Positions 1 to 11,305 of a stretch of DNA of 64,000 nt are shown piece by piece. The notes beneath the pieces are model-generated. The model was not told the origin of the DNA. It saw only the letters and a list, made by a program, of their open reading frames with translations, and ran no database searches. The position numbers and the translations under genes are program-made. Numbering within the stretch: position 1 is the stretch's first letter; the number at the start of each line of letters is the position of its first letter. The DNA comes from Anaeramoeba ignava BMAN (taxonomy: Eukaryota; Protista; Anaeramoebae). Where the stretch lies: the NCBI GenBank assembly GCA_028826165.1, contig JAPDFW010000044.1, positions 62,001-126,000 on the forward strand. Reading direction: 5' to 3'.

Positions 1-977
1 AAAACAAACTACTTCAATCAATACAGAAAGAGTTCCACAAATGAATTGTATTGGAGGATCTTCATATTGTGATCCACATTTCCTTCCAAAACAAGCAGAT
101 TGTGAAATAAGTTCTTTTGATTATATACATTCAACTTTTATTTGGGATTGCCAAGCTGAAGTTGATAAACACTTAAAACTTGGAAAAGCCTTTGTTTCAT
201 GTGAAGGATTTAGAGGACCAAATGATGAATATGTGTTAAAAGATAGTTGTGCATTTTATTATGAATTAGATTACAAAGATGTAAATTCGATAATCCAAAA
301 AAAAAATTGTTCTCACTTTTTGTTCTCATTTTTAAATTATTTTTTTCTCTAATAAGAATAATATAGGAATCATTCAAAAAACTCCTTATCTTTCATTTAA
401 ATCTCAATTATTAACAAAATCATCAAGTGGAAATTCAGTTGATCAACTTCAATGCAAAGGACAATGCCCAATTAATAAACTTCCTACAACCGTTAGTTGC
501 TACAATCTCAACCACCAAAAACAAGATGCAGAAAACACAAATTGGTATTGCGAAGGGGATACTGGTTCAGGATATGTGATTGATAAATCAAGAGTTCATT
601 GTAATCCAATTGAAAATTTATTTACTGAATTTTCTTCTTGTTATCTTGAATATCGTTTGGTTGTTTTTGATCAAAATTTTGATGGAGAAAACCGAGAATA
701 TCATCAACAAAGATTCGGTTCATTTGATACAAAACAACCGGATTCAGGAATTGGATCACTTTTGTTCATTTTGATTTTTTTTGGAATTTTGATTTTTTGT
801 TGTTGGAAATTTTCATCAAAAAAGGGATCAATAGTTCATCTTAAACCAAAACAATCTGATATTGAAACCCCAATTCAAAGAACAACAAATTCTCAAACAA
901 CTGCTCAAACTTTTAATAGGACTGAATTTTCTGATCAAAAATTAGTAGTAAAAAAAGCACGAACAATTGTTAAATGA
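1..977 (+). CDS. SARAF: SARAF/TMEM66-like type I membrane protein with two tandem luminal domains, 5' end outside the window; exons <1-280 and 357-977
   Basis: VPQMNCIGGSSYCD...WDCQAEVD..LKLGKAFVSCEGFRGPNDEYVLKDSCAFYYELDY follows the SARAF luminal pattern. A phase-0 GT-AG intron at 281-356 joins it to a second Cys-patterned copy, then a TM helix (GIGSLLFILIFFGILIFCCW) and a cytosolic tail. Confidence 0.85.
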
Positions 978-1144
978 TTTTTTATTATTTTTTTTAAAAA
1001 ATTCCAAATCAAAAAAATTAAAAAGCAAAAGCAAATCAAATAAAAGAAATTCTTACTTTTTATTTTCTTTCTTTTTTTCAAAATTATTTTTTCATTTTTC
1101 ATTTTTTTCATTTTTCATTTTTCTCATTTTTCTTACTTCTTAAA

Positions 1145-1844
1145 ATGCCAAAACGAAGTAAAAGTAAATTTAAAAATAAAAATTAAAATAATTAAAATAA
1201 AAATAAGAATTAAGAACAAAAATTAAAATAATTTTATTCATTTTAGGTCAATTTATTGCAAGCTTCATATTATCAATTATTGTAATTTGTGCAGTTATTA
1301 TTCCTTGTTTGGTTGTTTCTTATCCAGATAAAGATAAAGTAAACAAAAAAAAATTTTTCTAATAAATAAATTAAAAAAATAAAATAATAAAAATAATAAA
1401 AAAGGATTGTGATAAAAAACTTTGGACTTGGATTTTAGTTGCTAATATTACATTTGGTGTTTTTTATTTCCTTCAATCTTTTACTACTCTTTTTGGAGAA
1501 TTTGGAGTTGTGCTTATTGGTTTATTACAAATACTTTCAATAATATTTTTTATAGTTTGGGGAATAATTGGGTTAGTTTGGTCAAAATCTTCAGGAATTG
1601 TAAATAATTTTATTAATTAAAAATTAAAAAAAAGTAAATAAAAAAGTTCTTATTTCTTTTTTTCTTTCTTAAAATTTATATTTAATAGGAAGAACAATGT
1701 GGTAAACTTTATAATGTTACTTTTGGTGAATCTATTTTCTTTATTATTTTTTCTTGTCTTTTTTGTTTTATTTTTACTTTCCTTATAATTTGTTTTTTTC
1801 AAGGATTAAAAGATTTAAATGGATTATCTTTTACAGGATATTAA
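1145..1844 (+). CDS. Small multi-pass membrane protein, tandem paralogue 1 (4 exons)
   Basis: Spliced frame reads ..IIPCLVVSYPDKDK/DCDKKLWTWILVANI..IVWGIIGLVWSKSSGI/EEQCGKLYNVTFGESIF..; GT-AG introns lie at positions shared by all 7 copies. Confidence 0.85.
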
Positions 1845-1993
1845 CAATTAACAATTAAAAATTAAAAATTAACAATTAAAAATTAAAATTTCGATCAAAA
1901 ATTTTTTTCTTATTTTTATTTTTTTTAATTCATTTTTTTTTTCATTTTCCCCAATTTATTCCAATTATTCAATTTTTTTTTTATGAAATTGAA

Positions 1994-2747
1994 ATGGGAA
2001 GTTCAAGTAATTTTTAAATAATTTTATTAAAAAACAAAAACAAAGAAGAGAATAAATGAAATTAAGAAAAAAAATTAAAAAAAAATTTAATTAATTTCAG
2101 GTGCATTTATATCAACTTTTTTATTATCAATTATTGCAATTTGTGCAGTTATTATTCCTTGTTTGATTGTTTCTTATCCAGATAAAGATAAAGTGAATAA
2201 AAAAAAATAATTCAAATAATAAATAAATTAATTAATTAATAAAATAATAAATAAAAAAGGATTGTGATAAAAAACTTTGGACTTGGATTTTAGTTGGAAA
2301 TATTATATTTGCTATTGCTAATATTTTTTCTAGTTTAATGTTTTGTTTTTCAGGAGAAAATGGACTTTTTCTTTCTGGTTTACTTCAAATACTTTTTATG
2401 ATATTTATTTTGATTTGGGGAAGTATTGGATTGAGTTGGGCAAGATCTTCAGGAATTGTAAATAATTTTAATAATTAAAAAAGCAAATAAAAATAAAAGC
2501 AAATAAAAATAAAAATAATAAAAATAAAAATAAATAAAAAATAAAAAAAGCAAATAAAAAAGTTCTTATTTCTTTTTTTCTTTCTTAAAATTTATATTTA
2601 ATAGGAAGAACAATGTGGTAAACTTTATAATGTTACTTTTGGTGAATCTATTTTTTTATTATTTTTTCTTGTCTTTATTGTTCTGGAATTTGTATTTTCT
2701 TTATTTGGATTATTAATGCAATAGGACAAGCTCTTAGTGGATTTTAA
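1994..2747 (+). CDS. Small multi-pass membrane protein, tandem paralogue 2
   Basis: Same 4-exon structure and PDKDK/DCDK-LW-W and QCGKLYNVTFGES motifs. Confidence 0.85.
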
Positions 2748-2905
2748 AAAAAAAAATCCAAATTTCTTTTTTTTTTGAAATTTTTTGATTTTATTCCACT
2801 TTTTTTTTTAAAATAAAAAAAATTCCAAAAAAAAAAAAAATTATTTTTAATTTTTTTCATTTTTTCATTTTTATTTCTTTTTTATTTCTTTTTTAAAACA
2901 AAAAA

Positions 2906-4731
2906 ATGGATGAACCATGTAAAATTTAAAATAAAAAATTAAATAAAAAATAAAATTAAAAATTAAAATTAATAATTTTTTCAACTTTTTTCCTTAATTT
3001 TTTTTCCCAAATTATTTAGCGGTTTTTTTTGGCACTCTTTGTTGTTCAATTGTTGTTGTTTGTGCAGTTATTATTCCAAGTCTTACTGTTGCAGCACCAG
3101 ATAAAGATAAAGTAATCAAAAAAAAATTTTTCATAAAATAAAAAAAATATTTAATTAATTTTTTTCATAAATTAAAAAATAATAAAAGGATTGTGATAAA
3201 AATCTTTGGAATTGGATTTTAGTTGCTAATATTATTTTTGCTATTGCTAATATTGTTTATCCTTTTATGTTCTTTTTTGAAGCTGAAATTATTATGATTT
3301 TTGTTGTTTTTCAAGCTCTTTTTGCAATATTTTTATTAGTTTGGGGAAGTATTGGATTAACTTGGGCAAAATCTTCAGGAATTGTAAATAATTTTATTAC
3401 AAAATCTAAATCAAAATCTAAATCAAAATCAAAATCTAAATCAAAATCAAAATCTAAATCTAAATCTAAATCAAAATCAAAATCAAAATCTAAATCAAAA
3501 TCAAAATCAAAATCTAAATCAAAATCAAAATCAAAATCAAAATCTAAATCTAAATCAAAATCAAAATCAAAATCAAAATCAAAATCAAAATCTAAAAAAT
3601 CAAAATCAAAATCAAAATCAAAATCAAAATCAAAATCTAAATCTAAATCAAAATCAAAAAAATCAAAATCAAAATCAAAATCTAAATTTAAATCAAAATT
3701 AAAATTAAAATCAAAATCAAAATCAAAATCAAAATCTAAATATAAATCAAAATCTAAATCAAAATCAAAATCTAAATCAAAATCAAAATCAAAATTAAAA
3801 TCAAAATCAAAATCAAAATGAAAATCTAAATCAAAATCAAAATCAAAATCAAAATTAAAATCTAAATCAAAATCAAAATCAAAATCAAAATCAAAATCAA
3901 AATCAAAATCAAAATCAAAATCAAAATCAAAATCAAAATCAAAATCAAAATCAAAATCAAAATCTAAATCTAAATCTAAATCTAAATCAAAATCAAAATC
4001 AAAATCAAAATGAAAATCAAAATCAAAATCTAAATCTAAATCAAAATCAAAATGAAAATCAAAATCAAAATCAAAATCTAAATCTAAATCAAAATCAAAA
4101 TGAAAATCAAAATCAAAATCAAATTGAAAATCAAAATCTAAATCTAAATCAAATTGAAAATCTAAATCTAAATCAAAATCAAAATCTAAATCAAAATCAA
4201 AATCAAAATTAAAATCAAAATCTAAATCAAAATGAAAATCTAAATCAAAATCTAAATCTAAATCTAAATCTAAATCAAAATCTAAATCTAAATCAAAATC
4301 AAAATCAAAATGAAAATCAAAATCTAAATCAAAATCAAAATCAAAATTAAAATCTAAATCAAAATCTAAATCAAAATCAAAATCAAAATCAAAATCTAAA
4401 TCTAAATCTAAATCTAAATCAAAATCAAAATTAAAATTAAAATCTAAATCAAAATCAAAATCAAAATCAAAATCAAAATCTAAATCAAAATTAAAATCTA
4501 AATATAAATCTAAATCTAAACCAAAATCAAAATTAAAATCTAAATCAAAATTAAAATCAAAAATCAAAATCAAAAAATATTTAATAGAAAGATCAATGTG
4601 GAAAACTTTATAATGTTACTTTTGGTGAATCTATTTTTTTGATTATTGCATCCTCTCTTTCTTGTTGTGGAGCTTGTATTATGTCATGTGTTAAATGTGT
4701 AGGAGCAGTTGGAGAAGGACTTGGCCATTAA
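2906..4731 (+). CDS. Small multi-pass membrane protein, tandem paralogue 3 (intron 3 expanded to about 1.2 kb)
   Basis: Same exons. The last exon (KDQCGKLYNVTFGES) resumes at 4588 after the hexamer satellite. Confidence 0.85.
3401..4572 (+). repeat. Intronic hexamer microsatellite (AAAATC/AAATCT)n
   Basis: Directly visible; it generates the spurious poly-SK and poly-DF ORFs. Confidence 0.95.
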
Positions 4732-4906
4732 AATTTAAAAAACAAATTATTTTAAATCTTTTTTCAATTCATTTTCTTTTTTAAAATTAAAGTTTCAAAA
4801 ATCATTTTTTTTCAATTCATTTTCTTTTTGATTTTCTTTTTGATTTTCTTTTTGATTTTCTTTTTGATTTTCTTTTTGATTTTCTTTTGATTTTCTTTAT
4901 TTAAAA

Positions 4907-5641
4907 ATGATAAAATATTGTAAATTAAATTTTTTAATAAATCAAAAAAAAACAAATTTCGAAATTAATCATCAAAAATAAAAAAATAATTTAAATTTCT
5001 TTTAGTTTTTTTTTATTCTAATTTTTTTTATTCAATTATTATAATTTGTTCTGTTTGCATTCCAAGTCTTGTTGTTGCAGCTCCAGATAAAGATAAAGTA
5101 AATAAAAAATTTTGATGAAATAAAATTATTTTCAAATTGATCAAATTTTTTTTTCTTTTGATCAAAATAATAAAAATAAAAATAAAAATAATAATAAATA
5201 ATAAAAGGATTGTGATAAAAATCTTTGGAATTGGATTTTAGTTGGAAATATTATATTTATTTTACTTCATTTAATTTCTGCTTTTAGTAGCCTTTTTGAA
5301 AACATTGGAATTTATATTTTTGGTTTTTTACAAATACTTTTTATAATATTTTTTATAATTTGGGGAAGTATTGGATTAAGTTGGTCAAAATCTTCAGGAA
5401 TTGTAAATAATTTTATTAATTAAAAAATTAAAAAAAAGCAAATAAAAAAAAAAGCAAATAAAAATTCTTACTTTTTATTTTCTTTCTTAAAATTTATATT
5501 TAATAGAAAGAACAATGTGGAAAACTTTATAATGTTACTTTTGGTGAATCTATTTTCTTTATCGTTATTAGTTCAATTTATGTTTTTTGTTTGTTTTGTT
5601 TTATTTGTTTTTTAAATGCACTTAAAACAGCATTTAATTAA
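4907..5641 (+). CDS. Small multi-pass membrane protein, tandem paralogue 4
   Basis: Same 4-exon structure; closest to paralogue 6. Confidence 0.85.
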
Positions 5642-5719
5642 AAATCTTTCCCAAATTAAAAAAATAAAAATAAGTTCCAATCAATTTTTTTCATTTTTCA
5701 TTTCTTATTTTTTTTTAAA

Positions 5720-6450
5720 ATGACAAAACAAAGTAAATTTAATAATCAAAAAAAAAAGGGGATTAAAATTAAATTAAAAATTAAATTAATAAAAAAAAAA
5801 TAATTTAGATGACTTGATTAAAGGCTTTTTATGTTCAATTATTGTAACTTGTATTATTGTTATTCCAAGTCTTTCTATTGCAGCTCCAGATAAAGATAAA
5901 GTAAATAAATAAAAATTTAATTAAAAAAAAATTTTTTCTCTCTTTTGATCAAATAATAAAAATAAAAATAAAAATAAAAATAAAAATAAAAAATAAAATA
6001 ATAAAGGATTGTGATAGAAGCCTTTGGAATTGGATTTTAGTTGCTAATATTATATTTATTGTTTTCTCTTTGCTTTATCCTTTGACTATTCTTGTGGAAG
6101 ATCTTGGAATTTGGGTTTTTATTTTATTACAAATAATTTCAATAATATTTTTTACAATTTGGGCAATAATTGGATTAGTTTGGTCAAAATATACAGGAAT
6201 TGTAAATAATTTTATTAATTATTAATTAAAAAAAGCAAATAAAAAAAAAAGCAAATAAAAAAAGTTCTTATTTCTTTTTTTCTTTCTTAAAATTTATATT
6301 TAATAGAAAGAACAATGTGGTAAACTTTATAGTGTTACTTTTGGTGAATCTATTTTCTTTATTATTTGGAATTCACTTTTTACTATATTTGGAATTTTGG
6401 GAATGTTTGCTTTGACTGCTTTTGGAAAAGCAATGGGTGAAGCTCTTTAA
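5720..6450 (+). CDS. Small multi-pass membrane protein, tandem paralogue 5
   Basis: Same 4-exon structure; near-identical to paralogue 7. Confidence 0.85.
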
Positions 6451-6572
6451 AAAAAAAAAAACAAATTATTCGAAATCTTTTCCCTATTTTCTTTTTAAAT
6501 TCAAAAATTAAATTCAAAATTTCAAAAATCATTTTTTTCAATTCATTTTCTTTTGATTTTCTTTATTTAAAA

Positions 6573-7256
6573 ATGAAAAATTATAGTAAATTAAATTTTT
6601 TAATAAAAAAACAAACAAATTTCGAAATTAATCATCAAATAAAATATAAATTTAAATTTCTTTTAGTTTGTTTTTATTCTAATTTTTTTTATTCGATTAT
6701 TGTAATTTGTTCTGTTTGCATTCCAAGTCTTGTTATTGCTTCACCAGATAAAGATAAAGTAATCAAAATAAAAAAAAATAAATTTAAATTTAAATTTAAA
6801 ATAAAAAATAATAAAAGGATTGTGATAAAAATCTTTGGAATTGGATTTTAGTTGGAAATATTATATTTATTTTACTTCATTTAATCTCCCCTTGTTCTGG
6901 TCTTTTTCAACAAGAAAAAATAGCAATTTATCTTTTTGGTTTTTTACAAATACTTTTTATAATATTTTTTATAATTTGGGGAAGTATTGGATTAAGTTGG
7001 TCAAAATCTTCAGGAATTGTAAATAATTTTATTAATCAAAAAATTAAAAAAAGCAAATAAAAAAAAAAGCAAATAAAAAAAATTCTTATTTATTTTCTTT
7101 CTTAAAATTTATATTTAATAGAAAGAACAATGTGGTAAACTTTATAATGTTACTTTTGGTGAATCTATTTTCTTTATCATTATTAGTTCAATTTATGTTT
7201 TTTGTTTGTTTTGTTTTATCTGTTTTTTAAATGCACTTGACAAAGCATTTAATTAA
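6573..7256 (+). CDS. Small multi-pass membrane protein, tandem paralogue 6
   Basis: Same 4-exon structure; recent duplicate of paralogue 4 including flanks. Confidence 0.85.
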
Positions 7257-7335
7257 AAATCTTTCCCAAATTAAAAAAATAAAAATAAGTTCCAATTAAT
7301 TTTTTTCATTTTTCATTTCTTATTTTTTTTTTAAA

Positions 7336-8060
7336 ATGACAAAACAAAGTAAATTTAATAATCAAAAAAAAAAGGGGATTAAAATTAAATTAAAAATTAA
7401 ATTAATAAAAAAAAAATAATTTAGATGACTTGATTAAAGGCTTTTTATGTTCAATTATTGTAACTTGTATTATTGTTATTCCATGTCTTTCTATTGCAGC
7501 TCCAGATAAAGATAAAGTAAATAAAAAAAAATTTAATTAAAAAAAAATTTTTTCTCTCTTTTGATCAAATAAAAATAAAAATAAAAATAAAAATAAAAAT
7601 AAAAATAAAATAATAAAGTATTGTGATAGAAGCCTTTGGACTTGGATTTTAGTTGCTAATATTATATTTATTGTTTTCTCTTTGCTTTATCCTTTGACTA
7701 TTCTTGTGGAAGATCTTGGAATTTGGGTTTTTATTTTATTACAAATAATTTCAATAATATTTTTTACAATTTGGGCAATAATTGGATTAGTTTGGTCAAA
7801 ATATACAGGAATTGTAAATAATTTTATTAATCAAAAATTAAAAAAATAAATAAAAAAAAAAGCAAATAAAAAAGTTCTTATTTCTTTTTTTCTTTCTTAA
7901 AATTTATATTTAATAGAAAGAACAATGTGGAAAACTTTATAATGTTACTTTTGGTGAATCTATTTTCTTTATTATTTGGAATTCACTTGTTACTGTTTGT
8001 GGAATTTTGGGAATTTTTGCTTTGATTGGTTTTGGAAAAGCAATGGGTCGAGCTCTTTAA
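7336..8060 (+). CDS. Small multi-pass membrane protein, tandem paralogue 7
   Basis: Same 4-exon structure; recent duplicate of paralogue 5 (exon 3 starts YCD instead of DCD). Confidence 0.85.
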
Positions 8061-8254
8061 AAAAAAAAAACAAATTATTCGAAATCTTTTCCCTATTTTC
8101 TTTTTAAATTCAAAAATTAAATTCAAAATTAAAATCAGAGTTAAAATAAAAAATCAAAAATAAAAAGTTCCAAAAAATAATTTTTTAATTTTAATTTTAA
8201 TTTTAATTTTGATTTTGATTTGAAATTTAATTTTGATTTTGAAAAAGATTTAAA

Positions 8255-11033
8255 TCAATTTAAAAAATGTTCAAAAATTGCATTAAGATCACCACCAAAA
8301 TCTCTAAGAGCTTGAAGAGCATCTTCATTTGAAATATTAAGAAATTCAGAAACTGTTGTAATCAAATTATTAGCAACAAAAGGATGATTTTCTTGAAAAT
8401 GATTTTGATTTTGATTTTGATTTTGAATTATAATTTCATTTTGATTTTGATTTTGATTTTGATTTTGAATATTTCCATCTGATTCAATATTCATTAATTC
8501 ATCAATTTTTAATAATTTTTCACAAAATTGTTCTTCAATAAAAGATTTTGAAAGTGATTCTTGATAAGTAAAAAGTAAATAACTAATTATATTGCTTAAA
8601 TCTGATTTTTTCATTTCTAATCCATCTGAAATTTCTGTAAAAATTTGGCTTGCTAGTTTTCGTGGTTGAATTATTTCGTTTATTCTTTGGAGAGCTAATT
8701 CCAAAGGTGAATTTTGTGATATTTTTTTGGATTCCATTTGTTCTTGAAATTTTGGAGAACCAAAACCTATATAATTTTCAAAAAATGTATCTGATTGAGA
8801 TTCAGAATACATTGGACCATCAAATTCTGTATCAAAAATATCCTGAAAATGAAGTTGATCTTGATTTTGATTTTCAAATTCAAATGGATCTATAATATCA
8901 TTTGGATTTTCAAAATAAAACATATTATTATGTAAATTATTATTTCCTAAATTGAATGGATCAATTTGATTTTCAATTTGATTTTCAATTTGATTTTGAT
9001 TTTCAATTTGATTTTCATTTTGATTTTCAATTTGATTTTCATTTTGATTTTCAATTTGATTTTGATTTTCAATTTGATTTTCAATTTGATTTTGATTTTG
9101 ATTTTGATTTTGATTTTGATTTTGATTTTCAATTTGATTTTGATTTTGATTTTCAATTTGATTTTGATTTTGATTTTGATTTTGATTTTGATTTTGATTT
9201 TGATTTTGATTTTGATTTTGATTTTGATTTTAATTTCAATTTCTTTTTCTTTTTCTTTTTCTTTTTCTTTTTCTTTTTCTTTTTCTTTTTCTTTTTCTTT
9301 TTCTTTTTCTTTTTCTTTTTCTTTTTCTTTTTCTTTTTCTTTTTCAATTTCAATTTCAATTTCTTTTTCTTTTTTTCTCCTTATTATATGTGGAGAAATT
9401 ATTAGAAGTAATAAATCTTTAACTAATTGAATATATTCTTTCCTTTCTTTTGTAAAAGGAATAATATTAACATTTGCATAATCCCAAGCTTTTTCAAATT
9501 CTCCATATTCTAATATATTAATAACACAAAGTAAAGCCAATCTAAATTTTAAATTTTTTCTCTTTTTAAAAAAATTTGGGATATTTTCTTCAATTTCATT
9601 GATAATAACATCAATAGGAACTGTAAGTTTTGAATCAGCAAAAATTTCAGATCGAAATGATTTGATAATTTCAAAAAATTCTTTTTTTTCTTTTTGATTT
9701 TGTTGAGATTTTTCTGTTTCATTTGAATTATTAATTAATCCACGTATTTGACAATAATCAAAAGATAATTTAATCAAGAGATTGTGATTGAGTTGTATTC
9801 TAAGAAGTTCAGTTTTAAATGCTTTATCCATATCATTTTCACTCATTACCAAAGCATTTTTTGCTTCATCAACTGTTAAATTAAGAGCGTTAATAAATTG
9901 TCTGAGATTATTTCTTGATATTGAATTTTCTAATTCTCTAATTCTTGGTCTTGACAATAAGGAAAGTTTATTTGTATCTTGTGGAAGTTTTTCTCCATAT
10001 ATAAATGTTTCAATTTCTGGATATTTCGATGTTTTTCCTGATAAAATTGTATAAAGGTTGTGAATTGCTACTAAATATCTAATGAGATATGAAAATGTTG
10101 TTTCTTCAACATTCATTGATTTTAAAAAACTGATATATATTTTGGAGAAAAGTTCTTCTCTTTGTTCTTTAAGTCTATTTTAATTTTCAAATTAATTTTA
10201 ATTTTAATTTTAATTTTAATTTTAATTTTAATTTTAATTTTAATTTTAATTTTAATTTTAATTTTATAATTTTAATTTTAATTTTCAAATGAATTTTAAT
10301 TTTAAAAATGAATTTTAATTTTAATTTTAATTTTAATTTTAATTTTATATATTTTGTTTATTTACTTCGTTATCCATTTTGGTAAATTTGGATCTTCATA
10401 AATTAAATATAATAAAACTTCTTTAAATTTATTATATGATTCAGGATGTGCAGTTAAAGCTAAAGGTTCTAATACTTTTTGTGCAAAATTTAAAGCACTT
10501 TCAATTTCTTTTTTTTTAATAAGTTCAATAAACTAAATTTCAATTAAAAAATTTTTTTTATAATTTAATAAAAAATTGTTTTCTTTTTCATAATTAAAAC
10601 CTCTTCTCTTTTTATAAGAAAATAAATATCTTTGTTTTGATCTAAAATATTAGGATCAATTTCGTTTAAACTTTTAATAACTTTTTGAATTTCTCCATTT
10701 ATTAAAATTTGTTTTATTGACTTAAAAATTTTGAATTTAAAATTTTATAATTAAAATTTAAATTTTGTTTTTTTTTTTTTGAAAATTTTTAATTGAATTT
10801 TTTAAGTTAAACTAACAAATAATCTATCCATATTTTTTTTAAATTGATGAAAAAACTCTGAATCTTTTGCTCCAGAAGGAAAAAGATAATGTAAAACCAA
10901 TTCATCTATAAATTAAAAAAATTTTAAATCAAAAAAAATAAAATTTTTTAAATAAATTTTTTTAAATAAATTTTTTAAATAAACCAAGAAGAGAAGTATT
11001 AAATTGAAGTTGAGATTTTTGTTCTTCTTCCAT
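8255..11033 (-). CDS. LisH/CTLH/CRA-domain protein (GID/CTLH-complex-subunit-like) with a duplicated module and UBA-like helices; multi-exon, one apparent frameshift near 9230
   Basis: ATG at 11033. Reads NTSLL/DELVLHYL (LisH), IKQILINGEIQKVIKSLNEIDPNIL..FIELIKKKEIESALNFAQKVL (CTLH/CRA), a second module LKFRLALLCVINILEYGEFEKAWDYA, and C-terminal LNISNEDALQALRDFGGDLNAIFEHFLN (UBA-like). Confidence 0.7.
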
Positions 11034-11305
11034 TTTTTTTTAAAATAATTAAATGAAAAAAAAGAAAAATGAAAAAAAAAATTTGACTTAATTTTTTATT
11101 TGAAAAAAAAAAAAAAAAACAAATTTGTATTTAAAAAAGCTCTATTGAATAGCTTATTTTGAATTGAAAAACTTTTACAGTTTTGTTGTTTTAAATTGTT
11201 TTGTTTTAAAAAAGTGGATCAAAAAAAAAAAATTAAGATTTGTTTGTGAAAAAAAACACAGACAAAAAAAAAAGAAAATTAAAGAAAGTTATTAAAAATG
11301 AAAAA

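Noticed and set aside
3267-4573. ORFs encoding poly-SK (184 aa) and poly-DF (420 aa)
   Set aside because: These are read-through of an intronic hexamer satellite; the real gene splices from 3382 to 4588 like its paralogues.
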